64,000 nucleotides of DNA from an uncultured delta proteobacterium (GTDB taxonomy: Bacteria > Desulfobacterota > Desulfomonilia > Desulfomonilales > Desulfomonilaceae). The stretch covers positions 1,344,001 through 1,408,000 of the forward strand of contig CAWBKB010000001.1 of NCBI GenBank assembly GCA_963789265.1. The letters are read 5' to 3'. The notes under the pieces were generated by a model. That model saw nothing but the letters and a program-made list of their open reading frames with translations, searched no databases and had not been told where the DNA came from. Positions 51,017-61,606 of the stretch are shown here, in pieces (position 1 is the stretch's first letter; every line of letters starts with the position of its first letter). Both the position numbers and the translations under genes were made by a program.

Positions 51017-53353
51017 TTGGGCCGCATTGTGGAAAAATGGACCGTCCTTTTCCGAAGCTTGGGGTTCAAAATCGGCTTGAGCGTAGGCTTGATCTTGCTC
51101 ACTTCGTATATTGTCTTCATCTTTATCCTGCTCGATATCCAGCAGGATTTCTATTTCAATCGGATGATTCGCGAAGCGGACAGGTTCAGCGCAGCGGTTA
51201 TAAGAGCAACAAGGCACAGCATGCTGAGCAACGATCCGAACGCCACAAAAACGATTGTTGCCGATCTGAGCACGCAGGAAGGAATTTCGGATATCCGGAT
51301 CTACAACCACGAAGGGATAACCAGATTTTCTGCGCAACCTTCCGAGATAGGCGCTCGGTTGGACAAGAAAGCGGAGGCATGTTTTGCATGCCATTCAGAG
51401 GACAAACCCTTCAGCGAAGTAATCACGGGCACGCGAGCGCGTATCCATTATCACGAAGGCCACAGAGTGCTGGGAATGATCACTCCCATCTATAACGAAC
51501 CAGGCTGCTACCAGGCCAAATGTCACGCGCATCCGGCGAAACATAAGGTCTTAGGCGTGCTGGATGTGGGCATGTCATTGAAGGGGTTCGACGCCCACTC
51601 CAGGACCCTTGTGACCAAGATCGTAGTACTGGGCTTCAGCACATGTGCCGCCGTTCTTATTACTATCGCCGTATATCTGATCTTTCGAGTGCATAAGCCG
51701 GTCAACCGCCTTCGGGGGGCTATCAAGAAAATCGCCGCAGGGGATTTCATGTGTAAAGTCCCGGTTGATTCCAAGGACGAGATCGGCCAGTGCGCCCTGG
51801 GATTCAACATAATGCGCGACCAGATAAGAAGGCGAACCCAGGAGCTAATCCGTAGCCGATGGGAGTTCAAGAACCTTTTCGAGCAAGTTCCCTGCTTCAT
51901 TTGCGTAATAAACAAAAATCTCGAGATAGTCCAACAAAACACTCTCATGACCGACATGTTCAAGGGTTGCGTCGGCATGCACTGCTATGAGGTTTTCAAG
52001 AAGACCCAAATAAAATGCGATGATTGCCATGCAGAAGAAACTTTGAAGAGCGGGGAAATGTCCCGAACAGAGCACTGCGGTTTGACCCCGGCCGGCGAGG
52101 AAGTGGACTACGTGAGCTACACGACTCCTGTCATGGACGAAAAGGGTCAGGTGCTTTACGCGATGATCGTTGCCGTAGACATTAGAGACCGCGTGAGATT
52201 GGCGAAGGAACTACAGGTCTCGAAAGACTTTCAGACGAACCTCATCGAAAACTCTATCCACGGCATCGTGGCTACCGATGACAACGGCCGAGTGGCGATA
52301 TTCAATCGAGCTGCGGAAAGCCTTCTTGGATACCAGGCCGCGGAAGTTATCGGAGCGGTCGATCTGGAAAAATATTTCCCCGAGCAGTTTGTTGAATTGG
52401 TTCGAGCGGCCCATAGCGGAAAACCTATTGCCAAAAAGAGGGTTGTCGCCCAAGAAAGCATGGTTTGTTCCGCAGCAGGAGAACAGATTCCCGTTCGTTT
52501 CTCCGGAATAATCCTTTTCGAGAATGGGAAGATCTTGGGAAGCGTCGGCTTTTACCAGGACCTCAGGACATTCAAGAGGCTGGAGCGGGAGAAGCAGGCG
52601 TCAGATCGTCTCGCCGTCGTTGGTCAAACCGTGGCCGGTTTGGCGCATGGCATCAAGAATATTCTTCAGGGACTTGAAGGTGGGGTCTTCGTGGTTCAGA
52701 CAGCTATCGAGGACAACGATCAGACCCTGCTGGGACGTGGCTGGAAGGTGGTTCAAAAGAACATCGCCCGTGTCTCGGAACTCGTGAAAGACTTGTTGAG
52801 CTATTCAAAAGAAAGGCCGCCCGAGTACGAGGAAACCGATCCGAATGTGTTGGCTGAAGAGGTATGTGCTCTGTTCGACATAAAGGCCCAGGAAAAATCG
52901 ATAGTAATCGAGAGGCGATTCGATCCCCAGGCCGGTAAAATGTTTAAAGTCTTCCTCGATCAACGAGGCATTCACACTTGTTTGTCCAATCTCCTCACCA
53001 ATGCCATAGACGCATGTGAAATCGATAAGTTGAAAAAAGAGCATCGCATCTGCGTTTGCACGAAACAAGACCCGGAAGGGAATCTTATCTTTGAAATATC
53101 GGACAATGGCACCGGCATGGATGAAGAAACAAAGCACAAGGTTTTTTCCGGCTTTTTCTCAACCAAAGGGAGTCGTGGCACCGGTCTTGGGCTCCTGGTT
53201 ACGAGCAAGATAGTTATGGAACATGGGGGACAGATTCTTTTTGAAAGCACGGCCGGCATTGGAACCACCTTCACTATCAAATTGCCGCCGGGCCGGGCCA
53301 CTGTTCCTCAAGAGCCGATGACTGCCTCCTTGCCGGCTAATACCGCGGCATAG
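51017..53353 (+). CDS. Sensor histidine kinase with periplasmic heme-c motifs, HAMP and two PAS domains
   Basis: CFACH and CYQAKCH between two TM helices, LAHGIKN, DNGTGM, GTGLGL. Confidence 0.9.
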   Translation: MGRIVEKWTVLFRSLGFKIGLSVGLILLTSYIVFIFILLDIQQDFYFNRMIREADRFSAAVIRATRHSMLSNDPNATKTIVADLSTQEGISDIRIYNHEGITRFSAQPSEIGARLDKKAEACFACHSEDKPFSEVITGTRARIHYHEGHRVLGMITPIYNEPGCYQAKCHAHPAKHKVLGVLDVGMSLKGFDAHSRTLVTKIVVLGFSTCAAVLITIAVYLIFRVHKPVNRLRGAIKKIAAGDFMCKVPVDSKDEIGQCALGFNIMRDQIRRRTQELIRSRWEFKNLFEQVPCFICVINKNLEIVQQNTLMTDMFKGCVGMHCYEVFKKTQIKCDDCHAEETLKSGEMSRTEHCGLTPAGEEVDYVSYTTPVMDEKGQVLYAMIVAVDIRDRVRLAKELQVSKDFQTNLIENSIHGIVATDDNGRVAIFNRAAESLLGYQAAEVIGAVDLEKYFPEQFVELVRAAHSGKPIAKKRVVAQESMVCSAAGEQIPVRFSGIILFENGKILGSVGFYQDLRTFKRLEREKQASDRLAVVGQTVAGLAHGIKNILQGLEGGVFVVQTAIEDNDQTLLGRGWKVVQKNIARVSELVKDLLSYSKERPPEYEETDPNVLAEEVCALFDIKAQEKSIVIERRFDPQAGKMFKVFLDQRGIHTCLSNLLTNAIDACEIDKLKKEHRICVCTKQDPEGNLIFEISDNGTGMDEETKHKVFSGFFSTKGSRGTGLGLLVTSKIVMEHGGQILFESTAGIGTTFTIKLPPGRATVPQEPMTASLPANTAA

Positions 53354-53487
53354 CCGGTGACAAAGTGACGTGTGGTTAATGAAAAAACCAGGTAAGTCAA
53401 AGACTTGAGCGGATAAATGAGTACAGTTACGCATTCGACAAGAGGCCGGCAACAGATCGAAGGCTAGCTTCTGCATTGGAGGAACCT

Positions 53488-54771
53488 ATGGAATCAGGCA
53501 AGCAGCAGGAATCGAGTAGAGAGTGTGATTGGCAGACCTCCTCTAAGCAAGTCGCAAGCCTTGATGAATGGAAGCGAGAGTTCGCTGAAGTGCAGGAGTT
53601 TGTTGCCAGCATGAACGGCGAAAGAATTGCCGCAATAGTGAAAACGGAGGACGATACCTTCGTTCCGTGCGTTAATGGAGAGACGTGGAGCAACACCTTT
53701 GAAAAGGCATGGTCCCTCAGATTTGGCCCGGACGACCGCCTGATATGCATAGGGATGAATAATGACGAATGGACGGTGATTGTTGAGGGCGAGGCCTGGG
53801 AAGAGACTTTTGATTATGTTTGGAATCTTAAATTCAGTTCGGACGGCAAAGGTATCGCCGCCAATATAAGGACTTCGGATGGGTACGGCGTGGTCCTCAA
53901 CGGTGAGCCCTGGGAAAACAAATTCATCGAAGCCAGGAGTTGCGAGATCAGCCTGGACGGGGCAAATACCGCGGCCAATGTTCAAATGGCTCCATTGTCG
54001 GAAGGGGATATTTGGGAGTTCAAGAAAGGACTGTGGAGCTTAGCGGTCAACGGCGAGGCTTGGGGTTCCAGTTTTATGAACGTATGGGGATGCTCGTTCA
54101 GCGATGACGGCTCTTCAGTGGCAGCGGAGGTGAGACTCCAGTCAGGCCGTCAGACAGTCGCTGTCAACGGAATCTCCTGGTCGGAAGATTTCAAAGCTGT
54201 TTGGCAGCCGATTTTCGCCCCGGGGAGCCGGGATGTGATTGCCCCTTGCCTGACCCCGCAGGGGTGGAAGTTAATGTCTAATGCAAAACCTCTTTGGCCA
54301 AAGTCTTTCAACCAGGTCTGGAACCAAAGATTCGGCCCGAATGGTGGGAAGTTGGCTGCCGTGGTTTGTTCGGCTCTCGGGCGCTGGACCGTAGCTGTGG
54401 ATGGAGATCCGTGGAAAAGCACCTTCAGCGATGTGGTTCTCGCTCCGGTGTTTAGTCCGGACGGCAAAAGAGTCGCGGCAGTGGTCAAGGATAACGGCAA
54501 GTGGACGATTGCAGTGGATGGGGTTCCTTGGTCCGAAAGGTTCGACATGGTCTGGGACCCTGTCTTCAGCCCCGACGGATCGAACGTCGCTGCAAAAGCT
54601 TCGAGAGGCAGCGAGTCGATGATCGTGCTCAACGGCAGAATTGCCGGTCATCAGTACCAAAATTTGTGGCAGCCCCGTTTCAGCCCGGACGGATCGAAGC
54701 TCATGATCAGGGCAATCGAGAACAACAGCTTTTACCGAAGGATTGTTCCTTTGGGCGAAATACTGCGGTAG
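53488..54771 (+). CDS. tmcD: TmcD-like Trp-rich beta-propeller
   Basis: Repeated (W)xxxVxGxxW...VW.P.FSPDG units; adjacent to tmcC/tmcB-like genes. Confidence 0.8.
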   Translation: MESGKQQESSRECDWQTSSKQVASLDEWKREFAEVQEFVASMNGERIAAIVKTEDDTFVPCVNGETWSNTFEKAWSLRFGPDDRLICIGMNNDEWTVIVEGEAWEETFDYVWNLKFSSDGKGIAANIRTSDGYGVVLNGEPWENKFIEARSCEISLDGANTAANVQMAPLSEGDIWEFKKGLWSLAVNGEAWGSSFMNVWGCSFSDDGSSVAAEVRLQSGRQTVAVNGISWSEDFKAVWQPIFAPGSRDVIAPCLTPQGWKLMSNAKPLWPKSFNQVWNQRFGPNGGKLAAVVCSALGRWTVAVDGDPWKSTFSDVVLAPVFSPDGKRVAAVVKDNGKWTIAVDGVPWSERFDMVWDPVFSPDGSNVAAKASRGSESMIVLNGRIAGHQYQNLWQPRFSPDGSKLMIRAIENNSFYRRIVPLGEILR

Positions 54772-54783
54772 TTGGAGGTCCTC

Positions 54784-55431
54784 ATGTACGGCTTTGCAAG
54801 CGGCCCGTTGGTGTGGATCGCATTCATCGTCTTCATTGGCGGAATGATATATCAGTTCGTGAGACTTCTGACCCTGGCCAAGAAAGACAAGGTGATCTAC
54901 CCGTACATGAGCTTGAAGTACAGTCTGAGATCTCTGTTTCATTGGATCGTTCCCTTTGGCTCGAAGAATATGAGGAGCAGGTATGAGGTCACGGTCATGA
55001 GCTTCGCCTTTCATATCTGCCTGGTTATGCTCCCCATATTTCTCACTGCTCATATTGTGATGTTCGCGTTCGCCTGGGGTCCGAGATGGGCGACTCTCCC
55101 GGGAAGCACAACTACCTTTATGACGATTTTGGTCATTCTCGCTGCAATATTTTTTCTCGGTCGTCGCCTGATGATGCCCGAAGTACGATTCGTCACTTTC
55201 TCTTCCGACTATATCCTGCTGGCAATCGCGGTGGCCCCCTTTATTACGGGATTCATGGCGAATATGCAGTGGTTCGATTACGAAACAATGCTTGTGATCC
55301 ATATAATCACCGGTGCGGTTATGCTGATGGCCATACCATTCACGAGATTGAGCCACATGCTCTTTTTCCCTTTCACCAGGGCATACATGGGATCAGAATT
55401 CGGCGCTGTTCGACACGTGAAAGACTGGTGA
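54784..55431 (+). CDS. tmcC: TmcC/HmcE-like membrane cytochrome b (NarI family)
   Basis: GPLVWIAF, FHIC...AH, HII...IPFTRLSHM. Confidence 0.8.
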   Translation: MYGFASGPLVWIAFIVFIGGMIYQFVRLLTLAKKDKVIYPYMSLKYSLRSLFHWIVPFGSKNMRSRYEVTVMSFAFHICLVMLPIFLTAHIVMFAFAWGPRWATLPGSTTTFMTILVILAAIFFLGRRLMMPEVRFVTFSSDYILLAIAVAPFITGFMANMQWFDYETMLVIHIITGAVMLMAIPFTRLSHMLFFPFTRAYMGSEFGAVRHVKDW

Positions 55432-55559
55432 GGGCGCAAAACCGGCTGAACAGAATCAGGCTGTCAGAGTTGTTCTGATGGCATGAACAAATTTTACTGC
55501 AATTGGAGCGGCTTGATTGCGATCAGGCCCTCCGCCAAAGCACCTCACGGAGGCGGCTC

Positions 55560-56891
55560 ATGAGTTTACCTGCGCTTTCCATAGCAACCGATCCCGGACT
55601 GGATCGGGCCGCGGATCTTCTCACAAGGGATCGCATAAAAGCGGAGATAGACCGTGTCATCGACAAGGAAACTGCGGCCAGGTTGCGAGCATACCTCAAC
55701 ACGTGCGTTCATTGCGGACTGTGTTCGGACGCTTGCCATTGGTTTCTCTCCAACGATCGAGATCCCAGGTTCTCACCTGTGGGCAAAGTCAAGCAGACGC
55801 TATGGGAGATGCTGAACCGAAAGGGCAATGTGGACGCTTTCTTCCTCAAGGAATGTTCTCGCATTGCACAAACGGAATGCAATGGGTGCCGAAAGTGCAG
55901 CATGTACTGTCCTTTCGGCATCGACATAGCCTATCTGCTCTTTGTAGTCAGGCGGATTTGCAATAATTGCGGCATGGTTCCCCAGTTCATGCAAGACACA
56001 GTTAACAGCCACTCCGTGACGCTGAACCAGATGTGGGTGAAACAGGACGAATGGATCGACACCCTTCAATGGCAGGAAGAGGATGCGAGATCCGAGGTAA
56101 CAACCGCACGCATACCCATCGACAAGGAAGGCGCTGACGTCTTCTACTCGATTATCGCTCCCGAACCCAAAATCCTTGCACAACTGATCGGGAACATTGC
56201 CCAGATCATGGCAGTAGCCAAGATAGACTGGACCATGCCGTCCTTTGATGGATGGGACAACAGCAACATGGCCATGTTTTCGGGCGATTACGAGATCATG
56301 GGCAGGGTGGAACGAGCACATCACGAAGCCGCTCTGAGACTCAAAGCGAGAAGGATAGTCATGGGCGAGTGCGGCCATGCTTTCCGCGGTGCCGTGTACG
56401 ACGGCCCGAAATGGCTGGGATGGAAAGATCCGCCTCTGCCGGTAATTCACGCGGTGGACTTCTACCATGAGCTCATCACTACTGGAAAGATCAAGATAGC
56501 GAAGAAGTTCCAAGATTCGGTGACCGTTCAGGAACCCTGCAATATTGTCAGGGGCAGGGGGCTCGGCCGCAAACTCAGGGAGATCATTGCAGCCACCTGC
56601 GCGGACTTCAGACCCCCGGACCCGGAACTCGAGCACAACTATTGTTGCGGAGCAGGAGGGGGCGTAATCAACTGCGGTCCATCCTGGAAAGGTTCCCGTG
56701 TGAAGGGAAATCGAGTAAAGGCCGAACAGTTGGCCGCGACAGGGGCGCATATAGTCATCACCCCCTGCCACAACTGTCACAGCGGGATCGAGGACATCAT
56801 TGGCGCATACAAGCTTGGCCAGCACGTGAAGTTCTTTAGTGAGATCCTGATGGACGTTATGGAAATTCCCGATGAGCTGAAAGCCGAATAG
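55560..56891 (+). CDS. tmcB: TmcB/HmcF-like Fe-S CCG-domain protein
   Basis: CVHCGLCSDAC, CNGCRKCSMYCP, ECGH, CCGAGGG, PCHNC. Confidence 0.82.
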   Translation: MSLPALSIATDPGLDRAADLLTRDRIKAEIDRVIDKETAARLRAYLNTCVHCGLCSDACHWFLSNDRDPRFSPVGKVKQTLWEMLNRKGNVDAFFLKECSRIAQTECNGCRKCSMYCPFGIDIAYLLFVVRRICNNCGMVPQFMQDTVNSHSVTLNQMWVKQDEWIDTLQWQEEDARSEVTTARIPIDKEGADVFYSIIAPEPKILAQLIGNIAQIMAVAKIDWTMPSFDGWDNSNMAMFSGDYEIMGRVERAHHEAALRLKARRIVMGECGHAFRGAVYDGPKWLGWKDPPLPVIHAVDFYHELITTGKIKIAKKFQDSVTVQEPCNIVRGRGLGRKLREIIAATCADFRPPDPELEHNYCCGAGGGVINCGPSWKGSRVKGNRVKAEQLAATGAHIVITPCHNCHSGIEDIIGAYKLGQHVKFFSEILMDVMEIPDELKAE

Positions 56892-56933
56892 GCACTTTGA
56901 ATCTGAAGCGTCTCTGCCGAATAGGGGTGGATC

Positions 56934-58686
56934 ATGGGAACGGTGACTAAGTTACTCGCAATAATTTGTGCATCCGCGCTTTCTCTTGCTTTCTTTGGGG
57001 AAATGGGGCCCGTCTACTGTGAAAAGTCGGGAACCCAAGCTCCTTTCAGGGTTGCCCCATTTCCCATTCTTATAGAGCACAAAGGTGGAGCTGCGACGCT
57101 GGAACGGCCGCCCGTAGCGTTCGACCATGACCGGCATACCAAGGCGTTGAAAGTGAGCAAGATACAGGATTGCGGCCTATGTCACGCGCTCAAGGAAACT
57201 GACAAACACTTGCTCAATCCTGAAGTGGGAGTATTCAAGTTTCCAAAAGGTTCGTTAGATAAGACGGACAAGACGTCGATTATGTACGCATATCACAACG
57301 AATGCGTGAGCTGCCATAGGAAGAGAGCATCTGAAGGCAAAACCGCGGGCCCTGACATCGGTCAGTGCGGCAAGTGTCACGTGAGAAAGCCTGAAGTAAA
57401 AGCGGTTACTTGGGGGTGGAATCCCATATTTAACTATGGTCGCCACGCCGAGCACGTACAGGCAGCCGAAAAGTTCCGCCCCGCCGACAAATTGAACGTA
57501 GCCCAAAAGGTGGAGATCGTCGGGAAGACCACCGATAAGAACTGTGAAACCTGCCACCACATCTACGACGCGAAGCAAAAGGCGCTAATATTCAAGAAGG
57601 ATAGCGAAAACTCTTGCCGGGCTTGTCACAAAACCACAGACGAAAATAATGCCCGCTCAATGGAGAAGGTGGCTCACGCCGCTTGCATCGGCTGCCACAT
57701 GAAGCTGGAACAGAAGGTGAAAAGGGAAGCTACCGAGCAAGGAAGGACTCAACTGACGAAACAAGATAAGAAGCTATTCGGACCGTTTGAATGTCAGGGA
57801 TGCCACGGCGAACACAAGACCCTGAAGCCCGATGAAATAGAAAAAATTCCGCGGCTCGTCCGAGGGCAGAAGGACATGATAGATATTTCGCTCCTTAAAG
57901 ATCCCAACAAGGATCCGAAATTGATCAGGATGAAGCTTGTCCCATTCGACCACAAAGTGCATGAGGCGACGGGACAGTTTTGTAGCAGTTGCCATCATCA
58001 CTCACTGGAAAAATGCGAGAATTGTCATACCGTAGGCGGAGATCTTAAAAAAGGAGGAGGAGTCTCTTTCGAACGAGCCTTCCATGAGATTTCAGCCCAA
58101 CAATCCTGCTTGGGATGCCACCACGTCGCTACAGAGGATGCAAAGTGCGCAAGTTGCCATCGACGACAGATGGTTTCACAAATGTCCTCCCGTGGGTCCT
58201 GCACGGTCTGTCACCGCGGACCTTCTGAAGGCAAGCCGATAGAAGTGGCTCCCCTTCCAGTCGAATTTGATAAGGAAAAAGTCCCGGAAAAGGTTGTCAT
58301 AAAAGGTCTGGAAAACGAGTTTAAGCCCGCTGAGATGCCGCATCAAAAGATCATAAAGAAATTGACGCTCATTTCAAACCAGAGTTCGCTCGCGCGGTTT
58401 TTTCATGCCGCGCAGGACCAGAACCCTTTGCTACGGTTGTCATCACGAGGGCCAACAGGCTGCGGCAAACAAGTTTCCTGAATGCGGCACGTGCCACACG
58501 CGACCGTTTGACCCCAAAGACCCGGGAAGACCGGGAACAATGGCCGCGTTCCATCAGCAGTGTACTGGATGCCATAGAGTTTTGGATCAAAAGCCCACAG
58601 CTCTTGACTGCGACAAGTGTCATCCTGAAAAAAAGGCTGCAAAAACCGTTGGGGTAAAAATTCCTCTTCACGGAATTCCGGAGTGA
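56934..58686 (+). CDS. hmcA: 16-heme high-molecular-mass cytochrome c; apparent +1 frameshift at about 58422
   Basis: Signal peptide; 12 CxxCH motifs before and 4 after the shift. Confidence 0.88.
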
Positions 58687-58726
58687 GCCAACGGAACTGA
58701 TTTTTCGGAGAGCAAAGGAGATCAAG

Positions 58727-58849
58727 ATGCCGCATTCCATCCTCGAATTCTTGACGCTGACGAAAGGCAACGAATACTGGGCCATCCTGGTTTATCTTCT
58801 CGTGTTTATCTCCTTTTGGAGGTTCTTGACCTACAAGGAAAAGAAGTAA
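58727..58849 (+). CDS. hmcD: HmcD-like 40-aa membrane peptide
   Basis: Not in the ORF track. MPHSILEFLTLTKGNEYWAILVYLLVFISFWRFLTYKEKK, with AAGGAG RBS. Confidence 0.75.
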   Translation: MPHSILEFLTLTKGNEYWAILVYLLVFISFWRFLTYKEKK

Positions 58850-58934
58850 GGATGACCTTCCACAGCACGAGATGATTGAGCCCCGGCCCGTGCCAAGATA
58901 TTCGAGTCAAAGGGGTCGGCAGAGAGGTATACTC

Positions 58935-59876
58935 ATGGACGAGAAAAGAAGGGCCTTCTTGAAAAGTGTTCTCGGTGGCGGTGCAGCAACGCTCGCCTTC
59001 GGCCTCCTAGAGCAGGCAGGTGCAACGGTTCCGGCCTTGTCAGGTTATCCCGATCAATTCGGGGTACTGGTGGACACAACGCTGTGCATAGGCTGCCGAA
59101 GATGCGAGTGGGCGTGCAAGGAGGTGAACAAGTTACCTAACGAAAAGTCTCTGAAAGATTACGAAAAAGACAGATCGGTGTTCAACAGCTTACGAAGAAC
59201 CACCGCTGACACCTATATGGTAGTAAACCGTTTTGAAAACCCTCTCGATGCGTCAAAACCAATATACGTGAAAAAGCAGTGCATGCATTGTAACGAGCCC
59301 GCCTGCGCGTCGTCGTGTTTTGTTCAAGCTTTTACGAAAGAGCCCCAGGGTGCGGTATTGTACAACCCGAATGTGTGTGTGGGATGCCGCTACTGTATGG
59401 CGGCGTGTCCCTTTTACATACCGGCTTATCAGTACTACAACCCGTGGACTCCCAAGGTCACCAAGTGCACCTTCTGCTTTGACAGAACCGTTAAAGAGGG
59501 TGGTGTGCCTGCTTGTGTAGCCATGTGCCCTTTGGGAACCATGACCTTCGGCAAACGTAGCGACCTGATTGAGCTGGCCCAAAAGAAAATACGGGACGGC
59601 TCCGGCAAGTACGTCGATCACATCTACGGCCAGAATGAAGTGGGAGGCACATGCTGGATGTACCTTTCGGCCGTACCATTCGACAAGATCGGCTTCAGGA
59701 CCGATCTTGGAACCGAACCCGCACCAACACTGGCCAAAGCCTTCCTGTCTGTTGCCTCGCCGATGTACATCGTCTTCCCCGCTTTGGCCGTAGGTCTATA
59801 CAGCCTTGCAAAACGTCGAGATCAACTCGGCAAAAAAGAGATAGATGAAGCTCTCAAGAAAAAGGAGGGCAAATAA
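58935..59876 (+). CDS. hmcB: HmcB/HybA-like periplasmic Fe-S subunit
   Basis: Tat motif RRAFLK, four Fe-S motifs, GQNEVGGT, C-terminal TM helix. Confidence 0.85.
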   Translation: MDEKRRAFLKSVLGGGAATLAFGLLEQAGATVPALSGYPDQFGVLVDTTLCIGCRRCEWACKEVNKLPNEKSLKDYEKDRSVFNSLRRTTADTYMVVNRFENPLDASKPIYVKKQCMHCNEPACASSCFVQAFTKEPQGAVLYNPNVCVGCRYCMAACPFYIPAYQYYNPWTPKVTKCTFCFDRTVKEGGVPACVAMCPLGTMTFGKRSDLIELAQKKIRDGSGKYVDHIYGQNEVGGTCWMYLSAVPFDKIGFRTDLGTEPAPTLAKAFLSVASPMYIVFPALAVGLYSLAKRRDQLGKKEIDEALKKKEGK

Positions 59877-61104
59877 TGGACGCTCAAGTCGATGCACTGA
59901 AACCTTCATGGATTCAGGAAAAGCTTCTTTTGGGGATGTCCTGGCAAGATTACTTAAAGAGTAATCTCACTTCGTTCAACGCAGTTATGGCCTTCATCCT
60001 TTGCATCGGTATCCCTGTGATGCTGTACCGGATCTTCTTCGGCTTGGGGCCATCGACCCACCTGTCGAACTACAACCCTGGGGCATCTGGATCGGTTTTG
60101 ACATGATGGCCGGAATTGCCGTGGCATCCGGTGGCTTCTGTATAGCCACGGCCGTTCACATCTTGGGCATGAAAGAGTACGAATCCATGGTGCGCCCAGC
60201 TCTGCTGGGAGGGACACTCGGCTATTTTTTCGCCCTTGTGGGGCTCCTGTTCGACCTTGGCCGTTACTATCGAATCTACTTTCCTTTTTTCGTGTCACCA
60301 GGCCCCAACTCCATTCTCTTCCTTGTCGTGTTGTCGGTTGCCCTGTACCTGCATTGCCAATTCTTCGAGTGGTGTCCTGCGATATTCGAGTGGCTTAACT
60401 GGAGGAAGCTTCGCAAATGGTGGGTCAAGGGGACGCTTGGCCTTACGATTTTCGGCTTAATACTGACGACCGGCCATCAAGCTGCGCTGGGATCTCTATT
60501 CCTTCTCATGCCCAGCAAGGTCCATCCGCTCTGGTATTCCGAATATATTTCCTTGCTCTTCTTTGTCTCCGCGATTTATGGTGGGATTAGCATGGTGATC
60601 ATAGAGAGCATGATATCACATCGGGTATTTGCCGATCAGATCCACGGCGAAGATCCCGCGGATTTTGACGAGTTGACTCTCGGTCTCGGTAAGGCCGCTG
60701 CTATAATTGTTTTTGCATATTTCTTTCTCAAGATGCTTGATCTCGCGCACGGAAACAAATGGAGTTACTTAATGACCCCGTACGGGTACTGGTATCTAGT
60801 AGAAGTCCTGGGATTTGTCGGTATACCGGCCCTCGTGTTGATTTACGCGGTTCAGAACCGTAGCGCCACCATGGTGAGGGGAGCGGCGATTGCCGCGGCC
60901 GTCGGTGTGCTGCTCAATCGCGTCGACCTAGCTATTGTGGCCTTCAACTGGCAACTGCCGTGGAAGTACCGGTACGTCCCGAGTTGGATGGAAGTGACAA
61001 TTACCGTGACCATTATAGCAATCGGTCTTATGACATTTCGCTTCATTGTAAATAGGATGCCTATTCTGCATGAACAGCCGGGTTTCGAGGCAGAGCACCA
61101 CTGA
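59876..61104 (+). CDS. hmcC: HmcC (NrfD/HybB family) membrane subunit; apparent -1 frameshift at about 60077
   Basis: THLSNYN then PWGIWIGFD in the other frame; DLGR, HQAALG, KVHPLW, PSWME. Confidence 0.85.
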
Positions 61105-61127
61105 GGGCCTTACAAAAGGAGCAGACA

Positions 61128-61481
61128 ATGCCCAAGAAAATCCTGGTCGTAGATGATGAACCGCATATCGTGAAATATCTTACCTCCTTCCTTGGGGACT
61201 GTGGTTACGAGACCTGTTCCGCGGGCAACGGTGAAGAGGCATTTGAGGTGCTCAAGAAAGAAAGGCCCGATCTTGTTACGCTGGACCTTCAGATGCCCAA
61301 TGAAACGGGGACTCGTTTTTACAGGAATATGACCAAGACAAAAGAATTTAAGAACGTGCCGGTGATCGTAATCAGCGGAATCCCGGGCCGCCACCTGGCG
61401 GTTTCAAAACCTATCGCAGTATTTGAAAAACCGATCGACAGAGATGCTTTGTTGGTTGCTATCCAAGGAGCTATCGGGTAA
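61128..61481 (+). CDS. Single-domain response regulator (Rrf1-like)
   Basis: VVDDE, TLDLQMP, GTRFYR, FEKP. Confidence 0.9.
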   Translation: MPKKILVVDDEPHIVKYLTSFLGDCGYETCSAGNGEEAFEVLKKERPDLVTLDLQMPNETGTRFYRNMTKTKEFKNVPVIVISGIPGRHLAVSKPIAVFEKPIDRDALLVAIQGAIG

Positions 61482-61606
61482 GTTGCAGACGCGATGCCTC
61501 TTCCCGGAAATGATGCCGCGTATGCCTCGACTCCCGCTGTGTTTTCAAGGGCGAAGAGTTGCAGGTGTAGCGAACTGCTCCATCTTAATGTGGACGGCAC
61601 GTAACC

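Noticed and set aside
54271..56825. Long minus-strand ORFs (361 and 341 aa)
   Set aside because: Antisense to well-supported tmc/hmc genes, with no motifs
3694..60078. Programmed frameshifting or phase variation
   Set aside because: Runs are only 2-4 nt, there are no slippery heptamers, and the genes are unrelated; error is more parsimonious
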